This document shows positions 27,578 to 37,328 of a stretch of 64,000 nt of DNA, piece after piece (the first letter of the stretch is position 1; each line of letters starts with the position of its first letter). Origin of the DNA: Acidobacteriota bacterium (lineage in GTDB: Bacteria > Acidobacteriota > UBA6911 > RPQK01 > JAJDTT01). Under the pieces are notes generated by a model that saw nothing but the letters and a program-made list of their open reading frames with translations, was not told the DNA's origin and ran no database searches. Position numbers and translations under genes: made by a program. The stretch is from contig CBDCJH010000002.1 of NCBI GenBank assembly GCA_965217775.1, forward strand, positions 4,160,001-4,224,000, written 5' to 3'.

Positions 27578-29239
27578 TCATTCGGTCCAGAACGAATACA
27601 AAGAGGCATCCCGAAGATGGATCTTCAGCCTCACGGTCCGACCCGCCAAGCCGGACAGTCCGTCCCGCCCCTTCCATCCGGCTGGGACCCGGACCTGGTC
27701 TCCACCGGCCGCTGCGGAATCATCCAGCCCGAAGCCGGGAACGGCGCGGCCCGTTTCGTCCAGGACCTCCACCCGGGCTTCGCCCTCCGGCGCGCGGAGG
27801 TTCAGGAACAACCTGTCCCCTGTCATCTGCAGGGGTTTCGTCACCAGGAAACCCCCTTTTTCGTCCGCATCCAGGGAAATGAATCCGTCCCGGCGCAGGA
27901 CCGAGACATAAACGGCGCTGAGGGTATCCTCGATCCAGTCCGCCCTCTCCTCCGCAGACAGGGTCGACGGATCCCGAGGCGCACCGTTCCGGTAACGGTC
28001 ATGCTGGGGTACGCGGCGCTTCATGCCGGTGTAGTAGAACCAGAGTTCGTCTCCCCGGTCGACCGGCTGGTTGGTCACGTTGAGTTGCAAACGGTCGTAG
28101 TTTCCCACCAGTCCCTCCTGCAGGCGGGACGTAGTGATGAACGGCCGGCGGTTGCCCAGCCGCTTCCAGGTCTTGAGGTCGCGGGTCATCGCCAACTGCA
28201 TCTCGTTGAACCCGTCGGTATTGGTCCGTTGGGGGAGCCGGATCCCGGTGGGATAGAAGAACATGAGCCAGCCCAAGTGCACGCCTTCGTAGGGAAACAC
28301 GCCGATGTTGTAGCACTGGACGTTCCACGTCCCCCGGTTCCTGAATTCCCCGGGCGGTTGCTTCCAACCGGTAGCCGGATCGGGATCCACCATCAGTGGC
28401 TTGGCCAGCCCCGGATCGGCCAGCCGGCGGCGGATGACGTCCAGGGCCATCCTCTGGTCCTCGTCGTCGGTGCTGAAGAGGAACCTGGGCTCCGACCAGT
28501 TCACGAAATCCTTGCTGACGGAGAGATTGTAGGAGCGGCCGTACTTGCCGGTGAACTTGAGCAGCCCCAGGAATTGCCGGCTCGCCCGGTCGTAGGTGAG
28601 GGTGCCCGCATCTCCCGAAGGGAGCTTCTCCACCTCCAGCAACCGCCAGTGGATGCAGTCCGGGCTCACCACCGGACGGCGTCCGCTGGCTCCCAGAAAC
28701 CCCTTGTAGCGCCGCTCAGGATCCGGATCGACCGGATCGTAGACCACCTGCCAGAGACGCTGCCTCTCGGGAGAGTCGATCAGATTGTTCTCCCTGTTGC
28801 CGTTGAACTCCAACGCCCCCAGGTTCGGTTTCTCCCAGTTGAGGCCGTCCCGGGAGAGGGCCAGCGCCCAGTAGGTCGGGCCCTTCCCTCCGTTTGGCCG
28901 GTGTCTTGCCTCGTAGACGAATTTGTAAATTCCCTCATCGGGGATCCACATGGGGGCGCTTACCGTCTGCACGAAGGTCCCGTCCGAGGGGATGTCGGCC
29001 TTGAGGACGACCCCCCGCTTGCGGGGCCGGTGAAAACTCCGGACCAGGTTCTCGGTCTTTTCGAGGACGTGGTCGTCCAGAAACAATTCCCTTTTGCCCG
29101 GCTCAAGAGGGATGGCGTCGGTGGCTCTCGCCTCCAGGACGGGGGGCAGCAGCAAGCACGCCATCAAGAGCGATAGATTGCGTGTGTAGGTCCGCCACTC
29201 ATTTGTCACGCTTCCAACCCCCCATTCCGGAGCCGCCAT
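27578..29239 (-). CDS. Exported beta-propeller GH-like protein (member 6; start may be GTG 29209)
   Basis: RELFLDD, LPSGDAGTL, LRRDGFIS, SLYSFWTE. Confidence 0.8.
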   Translation of the reverse strand: MAAPEWGVGSVTNEWRTYTRNLSLLMACLLLPPVLEARATDAIPLEPGKRELFLDDHVLEKTENLVRSFHRPRKRGVVLKADIPSDGTFVQTVSAPMWIPDEGIYKFVYEARHRPNGGKGPTYWALALSRDGLNWEKPNLGALEFNGNRENNLIDSPERQRLWQVVYDPVDPDPERRYKGFLGASGRRPVVSPDCIHWRLLEVEKLPSGDAGTLTYDRASRQFLGLLKFTGKYGRSYNLSVSKDFVNWSEPRFLFSTDDEDQRMALDVIRRRLADPGLAKPLMVDPDPATGWKQPPGEFRNRGTWNVQCYNIGVFPYEGVHLGWLMFFYPTGIRLPQRTNTDGFNEMQLAMTRDLKTWKRLGNRRPFITTSRLQEGLVGNYDRLQLNVTNQPVDRGDELWFYYTGMKRRVPQHDRYRNGAPRDPSTLSAEERADWIEDTLSAVYVSVLRRDGFISLDADEKGGFLVTKPLQMTGDRLFLNLRAPEGEARVEVLDETGRAVPGFGLDDSAAAGGDQVRVPAGWKGRDGLSGLAGRTVRLKIHLRDASLYSFWTE

Positions 29240-29342
29240 CTCTGGTCTGATTCCGTTTGGCTCTCACTCCGCACTCTTGAAATTGTGGATTACATCCAAT
29301 CATGACACCCTGTTTGGAAACATCCAACCAGGGGAACCCCAG

Positions 29343-30767
29343 ATGAATCACTCGAAAGTCTTGGTCACGAGCGTCCTGGCGTTGCTTGCGATGCCCATCC
29401 TGCAACCGGGCCATTCACCAGTCCGGATCGGAAGTGAGCGCCAGCTCTTCGTGGATCGCCTGCTGATCGACCGCATGGACGGAGTCCGTTTGAAGATGCA
29501 CTCTCCCGTTCGCCGGGAGGCCGCCCTGCGAATGGAGCATCCGTGGGAAGCAAAGGGTGTTTCCTACATGGTGACGTTCAAGGACGGAGACCGCTTTCGG
29601 GCCTGGTACCGCGCCGACGCCTCCACCCATCGGACCGCCTACGCCGAGAGCAGAGACGGCATCACCTGGGAGAAACCCATGATCGGCCCGATCCCGTTCG
29701 GAGACCAGAAGCAGACCAACCTGGTCTGGGAAGCCGAGAACAGAGCCGGCAACCTCTCGGTTCTCAAGGACCCGAATCCGGATGTTCCTACCGGGGAACG
29801 GTACAAGGGGATCGTTCGTGGCCGGGGCCAGATCACGGCGCTGGTCTCGGAGGATGGCATTCATTGGCGGCCGTTCCGGGAGAAGCCCCTGATCGACAGC
29901 CACCCGGTCGACTCCCACAACATCCTGATCTGGGATCCGCATCTGGAACGGTACGCCATCTACTTCCGGGGCATTCGAAAGGTCCCCGGCGTGGCGATCG
30001 ACAACACCTCCTGGAAAACTCTGGGAGTCCGTTGGGTGCGGCGCTCGTTGTCCCGAGACTTTCGGAGCTGGTCGGAGCCGCGGCTCATCGAATCGGGAAG
30101 TGCGCCCGTAGAACAGTTCTACACCAATGACACCGTCGTTTACGAACGGGCTCCCACCTACTTTCTCATGTTCCCTTCCCGCTTCGTGGTGGAGCGGGTA
30201 CCGGTTCCCGACTGGCCCGCCGGCTCCGGTGTCAACGACATCGTGCTGCTCTCCAGCCGGGACGGTCTCAACTGGGACCGGACCTTTCTGGAGGCCTTTC
30301 TGCGCCCGGGGCCCGATCCCAACACTTGGCACGAACGGGCGCTGTACATGGAACACGGAATCCTGCAGACGGGTCCCCGGGAGCTGTCCATGTACGCCAT
30401 GCACAACTGGAGAACGGCCGACACTCACATCCGCCGTCTCAGCCTTCGAGTGGACGGGTTCGCTTCAGCTCATGGCGACTACACGGGCGGTGTCCTGATC
30501 ACCCGCCCGCTGGTCTTCGAGGGGAGTGAACTGGAGATCAACTTTGCCACCTCCGCGGTGGGCAGCCTCCGTTTCGAAATTCGGGACGGAAGCAACAACC
30601 CGCTTCCGGGCTACGGAATGCAGGACTGCGACGAGATCTACGGGGACGAGATCGACCGGGTCGTGAAGTGGAAGGGCAGCACGGACGTCTCCTCGCTGAC
30701 GGGAAAGCCGGTCCGCCTCCAGATCCAGTTGCGGGACGCCGACCTTTATTCTTTCCGCTTCCGGTAG
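29343..30767 (+). CDS. Exported beta-propeller GH-like protein (member 7)
   Basis: RQLFVD, YAESRDGITW, DSHN, LRVDGFAS, ADLYSFRF. Confidence 0.8.
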   Translation: MNHSKVLVTSVLALLAMPILQPGHSPVRIGSERQLFVDRLLIDRMDGVRLKMHSPVRREAALRMEHPWEAKGVSYMVTFKDGDRFRAWYRADASTHRTAYAESRDGITWEKPMIGPIPFGDQKQTNLVWEAENRAGNLSVLKDPNPDVPTGERYKGIVRGRGQITALVSEDGIHWRPFREKPLIDSHPVDSHNILIWDPHLERYAIYFRGIRKVPGVAIDNTSWKTLGVRWVRRSLSRDFRSWSEPRLIESGSAPVEQFYTNDTVVYERAPTYFLMFPSRFVVERVPVPDWPAGSGVNDIVLLSSRDGLNWDRTFLEAFLRPGPDPNTWHERALYMEHGILQTGPRELSMYAMHNWRTADTHIRRLSLRVDGFASAHGDYTGGVLITRPLVFEGSELEINFATSAVGSLRFEIRDGSNNPLPGYGMQDCDEIYGDEIDRVVKWKGSTDVSSLTGKPVRLQIQLRDADLYSFRFR

Positions 30768-30784
30768 GCGGGAATCGGACCCGG

Positions 30785-31282
30785 TCAGCGAGGCGCCTCC
30801 GCCCAGACGGCATCGGGGCTCGCGGCTTCCGGTTGATCGGGACCCAGATTGGCCGGGTCCACGGCAGCCACAACGAAGTTCTCAGGACGTACAGGAGATC
30901 CGGACAGGCGGCGAAGCAGGGCGAGCTGACCGGCATGGGTCATGGCGTCGGCGAACGGTCCCTGCAGGAGCCGTTCTTCGGTCGTGCCGTTCAGCTCGGT
31001 ACCCGCCATGAGGTGCCGCGCCAGATCCTCCAACATCGAGTGGAAGCGCGTGACCTCCGCGTCAAGGTCCGGCATAGGCTCCGGCCAGTACCGGCCTCCC
31101 TCAAAGAACGTGCGCGCGTATCCGAGAACGCTCGTCATGTGCCGTACGAGTTCGGCCGGCGTTCGCACCTGATTGCCGACCTGGAACGTGCCAAAGGATT
31201 CGGGCGCATCCCTGAGCGCCTTCTGCGTCCGGTAGGCGAGCGCGGCGAGAAAATGCCGAAGCATCGCGCGTTTGTCACTCAT
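30785..31282 (-). CDS. DinB-superfamily protein
   Basis: LRHFLAALAYR, ELVRHM, DAMTHAGQLALLRR. Confidence 0.75.
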   Translation of the reverse strand: MSDKRAMLRHFLAALAYRTQKALRDAPESFGTFQVGNQVRTPAELVRHMTSVLGYARTFFEGGRYWPEPMPDLDAEVTRFHSMLEDLARHLMAGTELNGTTEERLLQGPFADAMTHAGQLALLRRLSGSPVRPENFVVAAVDPANLGPDQPEAASPDAVWAEAPR

Positions 31283-31360
31283 TACGGTCGAGCTGTTCTT
31301 AGTCTGACGGCTCTGAAATGCGCAGTCGACCACTCACATCGCGCCTATTCTCGGAAGCCT

Positions 31361-31690
31361 TCATCGACTCGTTAGTTGATCTTCCAGGTTTTCCGAGATC
31401 CATTGATTCAGGCTCTGGTCATGCTCTTTAGCCTGAACGTAGACCCGGCGGTGGAGTTCAGGCGAAAGTCGTAGCGTAAGGCGGCCAGAGAACGGTTTTT
31501 CCGGATCTTCTCCGCATTCGGAGCAAAATTCCAAATAGTCATCGATAGATTCACGAAAAGCGCGCTCAAGATCGTTGACCGTATCGCCCTGGAATGTGAT
31601 CACGTCGCGCGTGTCCAGCACTTCGCCGTGGAATGCATGGGCTTCTGCGTCGTACTCGGCGTGACCAACGTATCCCTTGTATTCCAGCAT
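31361..31690 (-). CDS. hicB: HicB antitoxin
   Basis: MLEYKGY...DVITFQG...PEKPFSGRLTLRLSPELH...SLNQW; TAATG overlap with hicA. Confidence 0.92.
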   Translation of the reverse strand: MLEYKGYVGHAEYDAEAHAFHGEVLDTRDVITFQGDTVNDLERAFRESIDDYLEFCSECGEDPEKPFSGRLTLRLSPELHRRVYVQAKEHDQSLNQWISENLEDQLTSR

Positions 31691-31959
31691 TATTCCTCCT
31701 CTGGCCCGAACCCGGCCGTTTTCAAGAATCTTTGAACGGACCTCAGCGCAGCTCTTCCAACTTCCTTTCGAGGATGCGGACGATGGAACACGGCGCGAAC
31801 TCCATTCAGGTACACACGGATGCGGGATCCCCGCCCCTCCGAAACCCTCGCACCAAGCGCTAAAAATAGCTTCTCGATGCGCGACCAAGCCAAGCCGGCG
31901 CGCGTAGGTCGCTCGAATATCTCATTCAGAATTTTCCGATGTCGACCTGTGGAGGGCAT
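31690..31959 (-). CDS. hicA: HicA toxin
   Basis: EGRGSRIRV...FHRPHP motif; 89 aa. Confidence 0.9.
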   Translation of the reverse strand: MPSTGRHRKILNEIFERPTRAGLAWSRIEKLFLALGARVSEGRGSRIRVYLNGVRAVFHRPHPRKEVGRAALRSVQRFLKTAGFGPEEE

Positions 31960-31986
31960 AGTGTCACATTATGACACTATGCCCTC
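31952..31986. promoter_or_regulatory. Perfect 15-bp inverted repeat over the hicA start and -10 (probable operator)
   Basis: GAGGGCATAGTGTCA-catta-TGACACTATGCCCTC. Confidence 0.75.
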
Positions 31987-32065
31987 TGTTTGCAAGTGGT
32001 ACTGTCGAGATGCCGACGAAATGCAGTCTTCTCTGGATCGAGAAGGCTCTCCCAACTGGCTCTAA

Positions 32066-32223
32066 CAGCCCGTGGCAAAAGTCATCACGGCATTCGACCG
32101 TCCCTGCATCCCGGCGGACGGCGTTGCGATTCGGGCACATACTCCCGGTATGCACCCGAATCGCGCCTTGTCCGGCGGGCGCAGGAACGGTCTCGGTGCT
32201 CGCGGGACTTTCACCACGGACTG
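32066..32223 (+). mobile_element. MITE family A, copy 2
   Basis: 158 bp; CTAA on both sides; right duplicate contains the TAG stop of the adjacent minus-strand gene. Confidence 0.92.
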
Positions 32224-33225
32224 CTAAAGCTTGAGCTCGTCTTCTATCCTTACCTTTCGTCCCTCCTCCCGCCGCGAGATGTCGGCGCCGATCATGATGC
32301 GGCACACGGCCACCGTGTCCTTCATCAGCTCGACGGGACGTTTTCCCGTCCGGACCATGGACACGAAGTCGCCGAGCAGGCTCCGCATCATGAAGAAGGG
32401 GTCGTCGGCCGGCAGTACCGAGTGTCCCTGCGTTCCGTGAAGCGACATCTCCAACGTCTTGGCCATGGGATAGAGGACCTGCAACAGGGCGAGGCGCCGG
32501 TTCGAGTAGGTCACCTCCACCGACCAGTCCCCTCCCTGAACCTGATGCCGGTTTTCGGCGCCGTCCCGCCAAGGAACGGTCTTGAGAGGTCTCGGTTCTC
32601 CCAGAAAGGTGACGCTGACCGGTTCCCGGCCCCAGAGTTGAACCAGAGTCTCTCCCATGTGCCAGCCGTAACCGAACCAGTCCATGGCCGACAGGCCGCG
32701 GAAGAGGCGGGCCGTCCCGACCGGACTGGACTCCGACTTCAGTTCCCGGAGCGCCGGATTGTAGCGAAGGTTGGAGCAACTCATGAGAGGGTAGTCCTCT
32801 CCAGCCTCGCTCCACAGTTGTCGCATCGCATCCCAGCGGCTGACCAGGGGCCGGTCGAAGAAGATCGGGATCCCGCGTTCCAGGAAGGGCCGCGCCAGGG
32901 GTAGATGGACATCCCCCTCGTTCTCGGTAATCAGGACGCCGTCCACCCGGTCCAGAAGCTCCTCCGGCCGATCCGCCACGTGGGGAATCCGCCCGATCCA
33001 GGCGGCGTGTTCCGCCTTGCGGCGATCCTCAGCCCAGATCGACACCACCCGGGCTCCGGCAAGCCGCCGCTCTTCCGGCGGTTGGGCCTCCAGGTAGCGC
33101 ACGATGTTGGGGTAGGCTTCTTTCAACCCCTGCCGAGCGTAGCCGTTGCAGAAGGCGGACAGGGAATAGGGATGGCCATGGGAGACTCCCAGGATGCCCA
33201 GACGCAATTCTGAATTCGCCGACAT
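32224..33225 (-). CDS. Gfo/Idh/MocA-family oxidoreductase
   Basis: LRLGILG Rossmann start, VDGVLI, HLPLARPFLERGIPIFFDRP, YGWH. Confidence 0.8.
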   Translation of the reverse strand: MSANSELRLGILGVSHGHPYSLSAFCNGYARQGLKEAYPNIVRYLEAQPPEERRLAGARVVSIWAEDRRKAEHAAWIGRIPHVADRPEELLDRVDGVLITENEGDVHLPLARPFLERGIPIFFDRPLVSRWDAMRQLWSEAGEDYPLMSCSNLRYNPALRELKSESSPVGTARLFRGLSAMDWFGYGWHMGETLVQLWGREPVSVTFLGEPRPLKTVPWRDGAENRHQVQGGDWSVEVTYSNRRLALLQVLYPMAKTLEMSLHGTQGHSVLPADDPFFMMRSLLGDFVSMVRTGKRPVELMKDTVAVCRIMIGADISRREEGRKVRIEDELKL

Positions 33226-33236
33226 GCCGCCACCTG

Positions 33237-34895
33237 TTACTGGAATTGAAAGGCAAAGATCTTGGCTCGGCGCAAGTGGAAGCGAAGGCGCACCGGTTCT
33301 ACGGCCAGATCCTTCAGGCTCGGCCCATTCCTCCAGGTGACCTCGTGCGCGACCGCGTTTCCCTGGAAGGCGTCGCAATCTTCCCGGCCGAACCCGGCCA
33401 ACGGAACCCCGGTCGAGGCGTCCAGGACCTCGACCGCGACCCGTCCCTCGTCGCCCGTGGTGCGGGCGTTGATCTCCAGACGCTCACCCTCGAAAACCAG
33501 AGGCTTGGTGGTGAACTCCCCTTCTCCGGCCGTCAACGAGACGAATCCGTCCAGGCGCAACTTGGCCAGGCTGATGCTGCTCTCCTCGTTCTCACCCCGC
33601 GGCAGCGCCCAGTGACCCTTGCGGTAGCCGATGTAGTAGAGCCAGATCTCTCCCAGATCCTTCCGCACCACCGGCAACTGGGCCATGTAGACCATCCCGG
33701 CGTCGTAGGAGTCGGCGGGCCCGACCGGCAGGAAGGGACGGCCGTTTCCCAACCGATGCCACTGCCGGCCGTCCCGGCTGACGACCAACTGGATGTCCAC
33801 CGTGTCCAGCCAAGGCGTCCGGGCCGTTCCCCGCATGGGCGGGATCCCCGGCTCCATCCCGCTGCAGATATGGTAGCGGGTCAGGAAGGCCACGTACTGA
33901 TTCTCATAGGGAAGGCACTCCAGGGTGTAGAAGCCGCCGGTGCAGGGCGCATCCCTCTCGTCGGGCGGGATCAGGAGGTACGGGCGGTTGACTGCCACCG
34001 GGTCCTTCATCCCCTGGGGCGCGTCCCACTTCAGGAAATCGGCGCTGGTGGCGATTCCGGGAGCCCGCACCCGCCCTTCTCGCGTCTGGAATCGGGAATC
34101 GCTTTCGAAGAGGGGAGGCCAGAGTCGTATGTGGGCCACGTACCGGCTGCGGGCCTCGTCCCAGAACACCACCTGGTGAGTGTCGTTGTTCATATAGACG
34201 GGATTGACTTCGGGACTGGGATAGTTGGTCCACCGGATCCCGTCGGGCGAATAGGCGGCCCAGACGCCACCCTTGACGGTCTCGGCGTGAAATCCCGCTT
34301 GCCCCGGCTTGAGCGCGGGACGCCGGTAGAGCATCTTGTAGCGCTTCGCCGGGTCCTTTTCGTGGGGATCCTTGAAGACCCCCGGCGCCCGGACTCCGCC
34401 AGGCTTGCCGAAGACGAAGTTGTGCTCCCGGGAGGCTCGTCCGGCACAGAAGGGCGAACGGAAGTCGAATTGCCCCACGGACGGCGCCTCCCAGTCGATC
34501 CCGTTGGTGGAGGTGTAGTACCCGAGAAGGTTCTCCTTCCAGAGATAGTCCACCACCTGGTTCCACATCTTGTAGATCTTCTCTTCCCGGTCGTAGATCA
34601 GGTTGCTGTGTCCGAAGTCCATGTCGGCGCCCCAGCAACGGTCCATCTGCAGGACGGGGTTCCCAGCGTATTTCAGGGGTTGGTTGACCAGCGAATAGAC
34701 GCCTCGGCGGGATTCCACGATCCGGTCATCCAGGAAGAGTTGCTTCTGCCGGCCGACAACAATCGGTTCCGCCCCAGCCTCCATGGAGACCGTGGCGCCG
34801 GACAGGAGGACAAAGGCAAGCAAACTGAAAGCAAGGTACCGAGGCCGGAATTCTGGACTGTGAAGCGGCACTGCGTACGATTTGGAAACGATCAT
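33237..34895 (-). CDS. Exported beta-propeller GH-like protein (member 8, Cys-rich subgroup)
   Basis: NQPLKYAGNPV, NNDTHQ, APCTGGFYT, LRLDGFVS. Confidence 0.8.
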   Translation of the reverse strand: MIVSKSYAVPLHSPEFRPRYLAFSLLAFVLLSGATVSMEAGAEPIVVGRQKQLFLDDRIVESRRGVYSLVNQPLKYAGNPVLQMDRCWGADMDFGHSNLIYDREEKIYKMWNQVVDYLWKENLLGYYTSTNGIDWEAPSVGQFDFRSPFCAGRASREHNFVFGKPGGVRAPGVFKDPHEKDPAKRYKMLYRRPALKPGQAGFHAETVKGGVWAAYSPDGIRWTNYPSPEVNPVYMNNDTHQVVFWDEARSRYVAHIRLWPPLFESDSRFQTREGRVRAPGIATSADFLKWDAPQGMKDPVAVNRPYLLIPPDERDAPCTGGFYTLECLPYENQYVAFLTRYHICSGMEPGIPPMRGTARTPWLDTVDIQLVVSRDGRQWHRLGNGRPFLPVGPADSYDAGMVYMAQLPVVRKDLGEIWLYYIGYRKGHWALPRGENEESSISLAKLRLDGFVSLTAGEGEFTTKPLVFEGERLEINARTTGDEGRVAVEVLDASTGVPLAGFGREDCDAFQGNAVAHEVTWRNGPSLKDLAVEPVRLRFHLRRAKIFAFQFQ

Positions 34896-34986
34896 GGTGA
34901 TCCTCGTTAGGAAATTCGTCCGAGGCAACGACCCGGAACTGAGCGCATAGCGCCCCGATTTTCTCCCGGCCATCGCCCCTCCACGG

Positions 34987-35769
34987 TTACATGGCCGTGT
35001 ATCCTCCATCGACGACCAAGTTGGCTCCGGTCACGTAGCTGGATGCATCCGAGGCCAGGAACAGGATGGCGGCGGCCACCTCCCGCGCCTCCGCCATCCG
35101 GTTGAGCATGGTGCGCGTGCTGTAGCGCCGGACGAACTCGGCAGTGGCCGGCAGGACCCGGATCCCGCCGGGGCTGACACAGTTGCAACGAACCTCGGCC
35201 GGTCCATAGTAGCTGGCCACGAACCGCGTGAAATTGATCATCCCCCCTTTGTGAAAGAAATAGTCGGGAACGAAGGGTTGGCGGTCCAGACCCTGGTACA
35301 GACTCCTGTCGGGCCCGACCTGACCTTGAATCGAGGCCACGTTGACGATGGAGCCGCCGCCGGATTCCGCCATGAGGTCGCCGAAGGTCCGCGTCACCAG
35401 AAAGAGGCCGGTGGCGTTGACCCGCATGCTCCGGGAAAAGAGAGCAGGATCATCGGTCCAATCCTTCATGCTGCGGCCGACCGCGGCATTGACCAGGACC
35501 TGAAGGGCGCCTTCCCTCTCCAGTATGGTGGCCCTGAGATCCCGGATCGACTGCTCGTCTCCCTGGTCCAACGGGACCGGAACCACCGGGAGACCCTGCC
35601 GCACCAGCTTTTCGGCCACGGTCCGCATCCGGTCCAGCCGGAGGTCGCCTCCGTAGACCGTCGCCCCGGCTTCGGCCAGGGCCTGGATGAATGCCGGAGC
35701 GTGCCGTCCCGCCCCCCCGGTGACCAGCGCCACCTTGCCCTTCAGGGAGAAGCTGTCGAGTATTCCCAT
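34987..35769 (-). CDS. SDR oxidoreductase
   Basis: ALVTGGAG, NVASIQG, YFFHK (YxxxK), NCVSPGG, VDGG. Confidence 0.92.
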   Translation of the reverse strand: MGILDSFSLKGKVALVTGGAGRHAPAFIQALAEAGATVYGGDLRLDRMRTVAEKLVRQGLPVVPVPLDQGDEQSIRDLRATILEREGALQVLVNAAVGRSMKDWTDDPALFSRSMRVNATGLFLVTRTFGDLMAESGGGSIVNVASIQGQVGPDRSLYQGLDRQPFVPDYFFHKGGMINFTRFVASYYGPAEVRCNCVSPGGIRVLPATAEFVRRYSTRTMLNRMAEAREVAAAILFLASDASSYVTGANLVVDGGYTAM

Positions 35770-35772
35770 ACC

Positions 35773-37293
35773 TCAGCGGAAACGAAGGGCGAACAGATCC
35801 GCGTCCTGGAGCGCAAAGCGCAGCCGCACCGGACGACCCGCCAGGGAGGACACGTCGGGCCCTCCCTTCCACCGGACCTCCCGCTCCAGCTCGTCTCCGA
35901 AGATCACGGAACAGTCAGCGAGGCCGAATCCCTCCAGGGGAGTTCCCGCCGCATCCTGCAACTCCACCCGGATGCTTCCGGCCGCCGAAGTCGAGAAGTT
36001 GAGGGTGAGCCGGCCGCCCTTGAAGACGAGGGGACGGGTGACGATCTCGCCTCCCGCCATGGGGGCCGTCGCGGCCACGAAGCCGTCGATCCGGAGCGTA
36101 TAGCGGCGGATGTTGGTGCTGTTCCCCCTCCAGTAGCCCTCGTTCACGTAGACGGAGAGTTCATTGGGAGCCCCCTCCAGATGGCTTCGGGTCTCCACGA
36201 TGCCCCAGTTCTGATAGTTGTCCCCGTACACCCAGTTGCCCGTCGGCCTCAGCCCCGGACGGACGAAGGCCTCCTGCCAGCGGTGAAAGCTGATCCGGTC
36301 CCGGCCGGCCATGAAGATTCCCTCGGTCAACGCCGTGCCATACCGAACATGGACGCCGGCCCTCAGGCGCCGGTGCTCCTGCTCGGAAAGGGCCTTCATG
36401 GAGTCGGTCCATCCCCACTCGACGTAGCGCGTGGGAAAGCCCAGGAGAATGTGGGGGGCCCGATGGTAGGGCAGGATCTGATTGGTGTAGAGCTCCTCGT
36501 CAGGCGCACCTGGGTAGCTGAGCGTGACGGGATCGGTCCAGTTCAGAAAGTCCTGGGAAACTCCGGTCAGAATGTCGCGGATACCGCGCCTTCCGGCGGG
36601 GTCTTCGGAAAGCTTCCGGAAATACCGGTGATACTCGCGGTACTCGCGGCGCACAGGATCCCAGAAGGCCAGGTTCTGAGAGTCGAAGGCACCCTTGGTG
36701 ATGACCGGCCGGTCGGCCATGAGATCCCAATGGATGCCGTCGGGAGACTTCCAGGCGTAGAGCCCCCTTTCCGAGCTTCCGCTTGACACAGCCTTGTACC
36801 GGGCGTCCGCGCCGGCCGCCGGGTTCGCGTCCTTGAAGGGCACGAAGTTGTGAATCGTGCCTCCCACCGGGAGCCGGTCCAGGATAATGTTGTTGTCGTT
36901 GGATCCTTCAAACTCCACCAGACCCAGATTGGGGCGGTACCAGCGAATCCCATCCAGGCTCTCGACGTAGCACACCACTTCCCGATGCGCCAATTTCAGG
37001 GTCTCGCCGGTGACGAATTGGGAGCCCCGGTAGTACATGCGATAGCGGCCGTCGTCCTGGAAGACGGTGAAGTAGCCGCACGCATTCCCCTCCCAGCTCC
37101 GATCGGTCACCAGGGCGACCTCCCGGGGAGCGGGCCGGCGTAGTTCGAGCCGGGCCTCACCGAGGGTCTCGTCGATCAGGGCGCCGTCCACGAAAAGCTC
37201 GAGGCGAGAACCGATCTCCAGTCCCGAATCCTGAGCCCATAGGGAACCGCCGCTCCAGAGCAGGAGGACGAACAAGATCACTCGTGGGGGCAT
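35773..37293 (-). CDS. Exported beta-propeller GH-like protein (member 9)
   Basis: RLELFVD, FDSQN, LRIDGFVA; recent tandem duplicate of 37329-38849. Confidence 0.82.
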   Translation of the reverse strand: MPPRVILFVLLLWSGGSLWAQDSGLEIGSRLELFVDGALIDETLGEARLELRRPAPREVALVTDRSWEGNACGYFTVFQDDGRYRMYYRGSQFVTGETLKLAHREVVCYVESLDGIRWYRPNLGLVEFEGSNDNNIILDRLPVGGTIHNFVPFKDANPAAGADARYKAVSSGSSERGLYAWKSPDGIHWDLMADRPVITKGAFDSQNLAFWDPVRREYREYHRYFRKLSEDPAGRRGIRDILTGVSQDFLNWTDPVTLSYPGAPDEELYTNQILPYHRAPHILLGFPTRYVEWGWTDSMKALSEQEHRRLRAGVHVRYGTALTEGIFMAGRDRISFHRWQEAFVRPGLRPTGNWVYGDNYQNWGIVETRSHLEGAPNELSVYVNEGYWRGNSTNIRRYTLRIDGFVAATAPMAGGEIVTRPLVFKGGRLTLNFSTSAAGSIRVELQDAAGTPLEGFGLADCSVIFGDELEREVRWKGGPDVSSLAGRPVRLRFALQDADLFALRFR

Positions 37294-37328
37294 GAGGACT
37301 CCCTTGTTTCCAATCATTCAGGTCAACG

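Noticed and set aside
31361-31888. 175-aa ORF as a long HicB
   Set aside because: The extension overlaps hicA; the canonical MLEYKGY start at 31690 fits TAATG coupling
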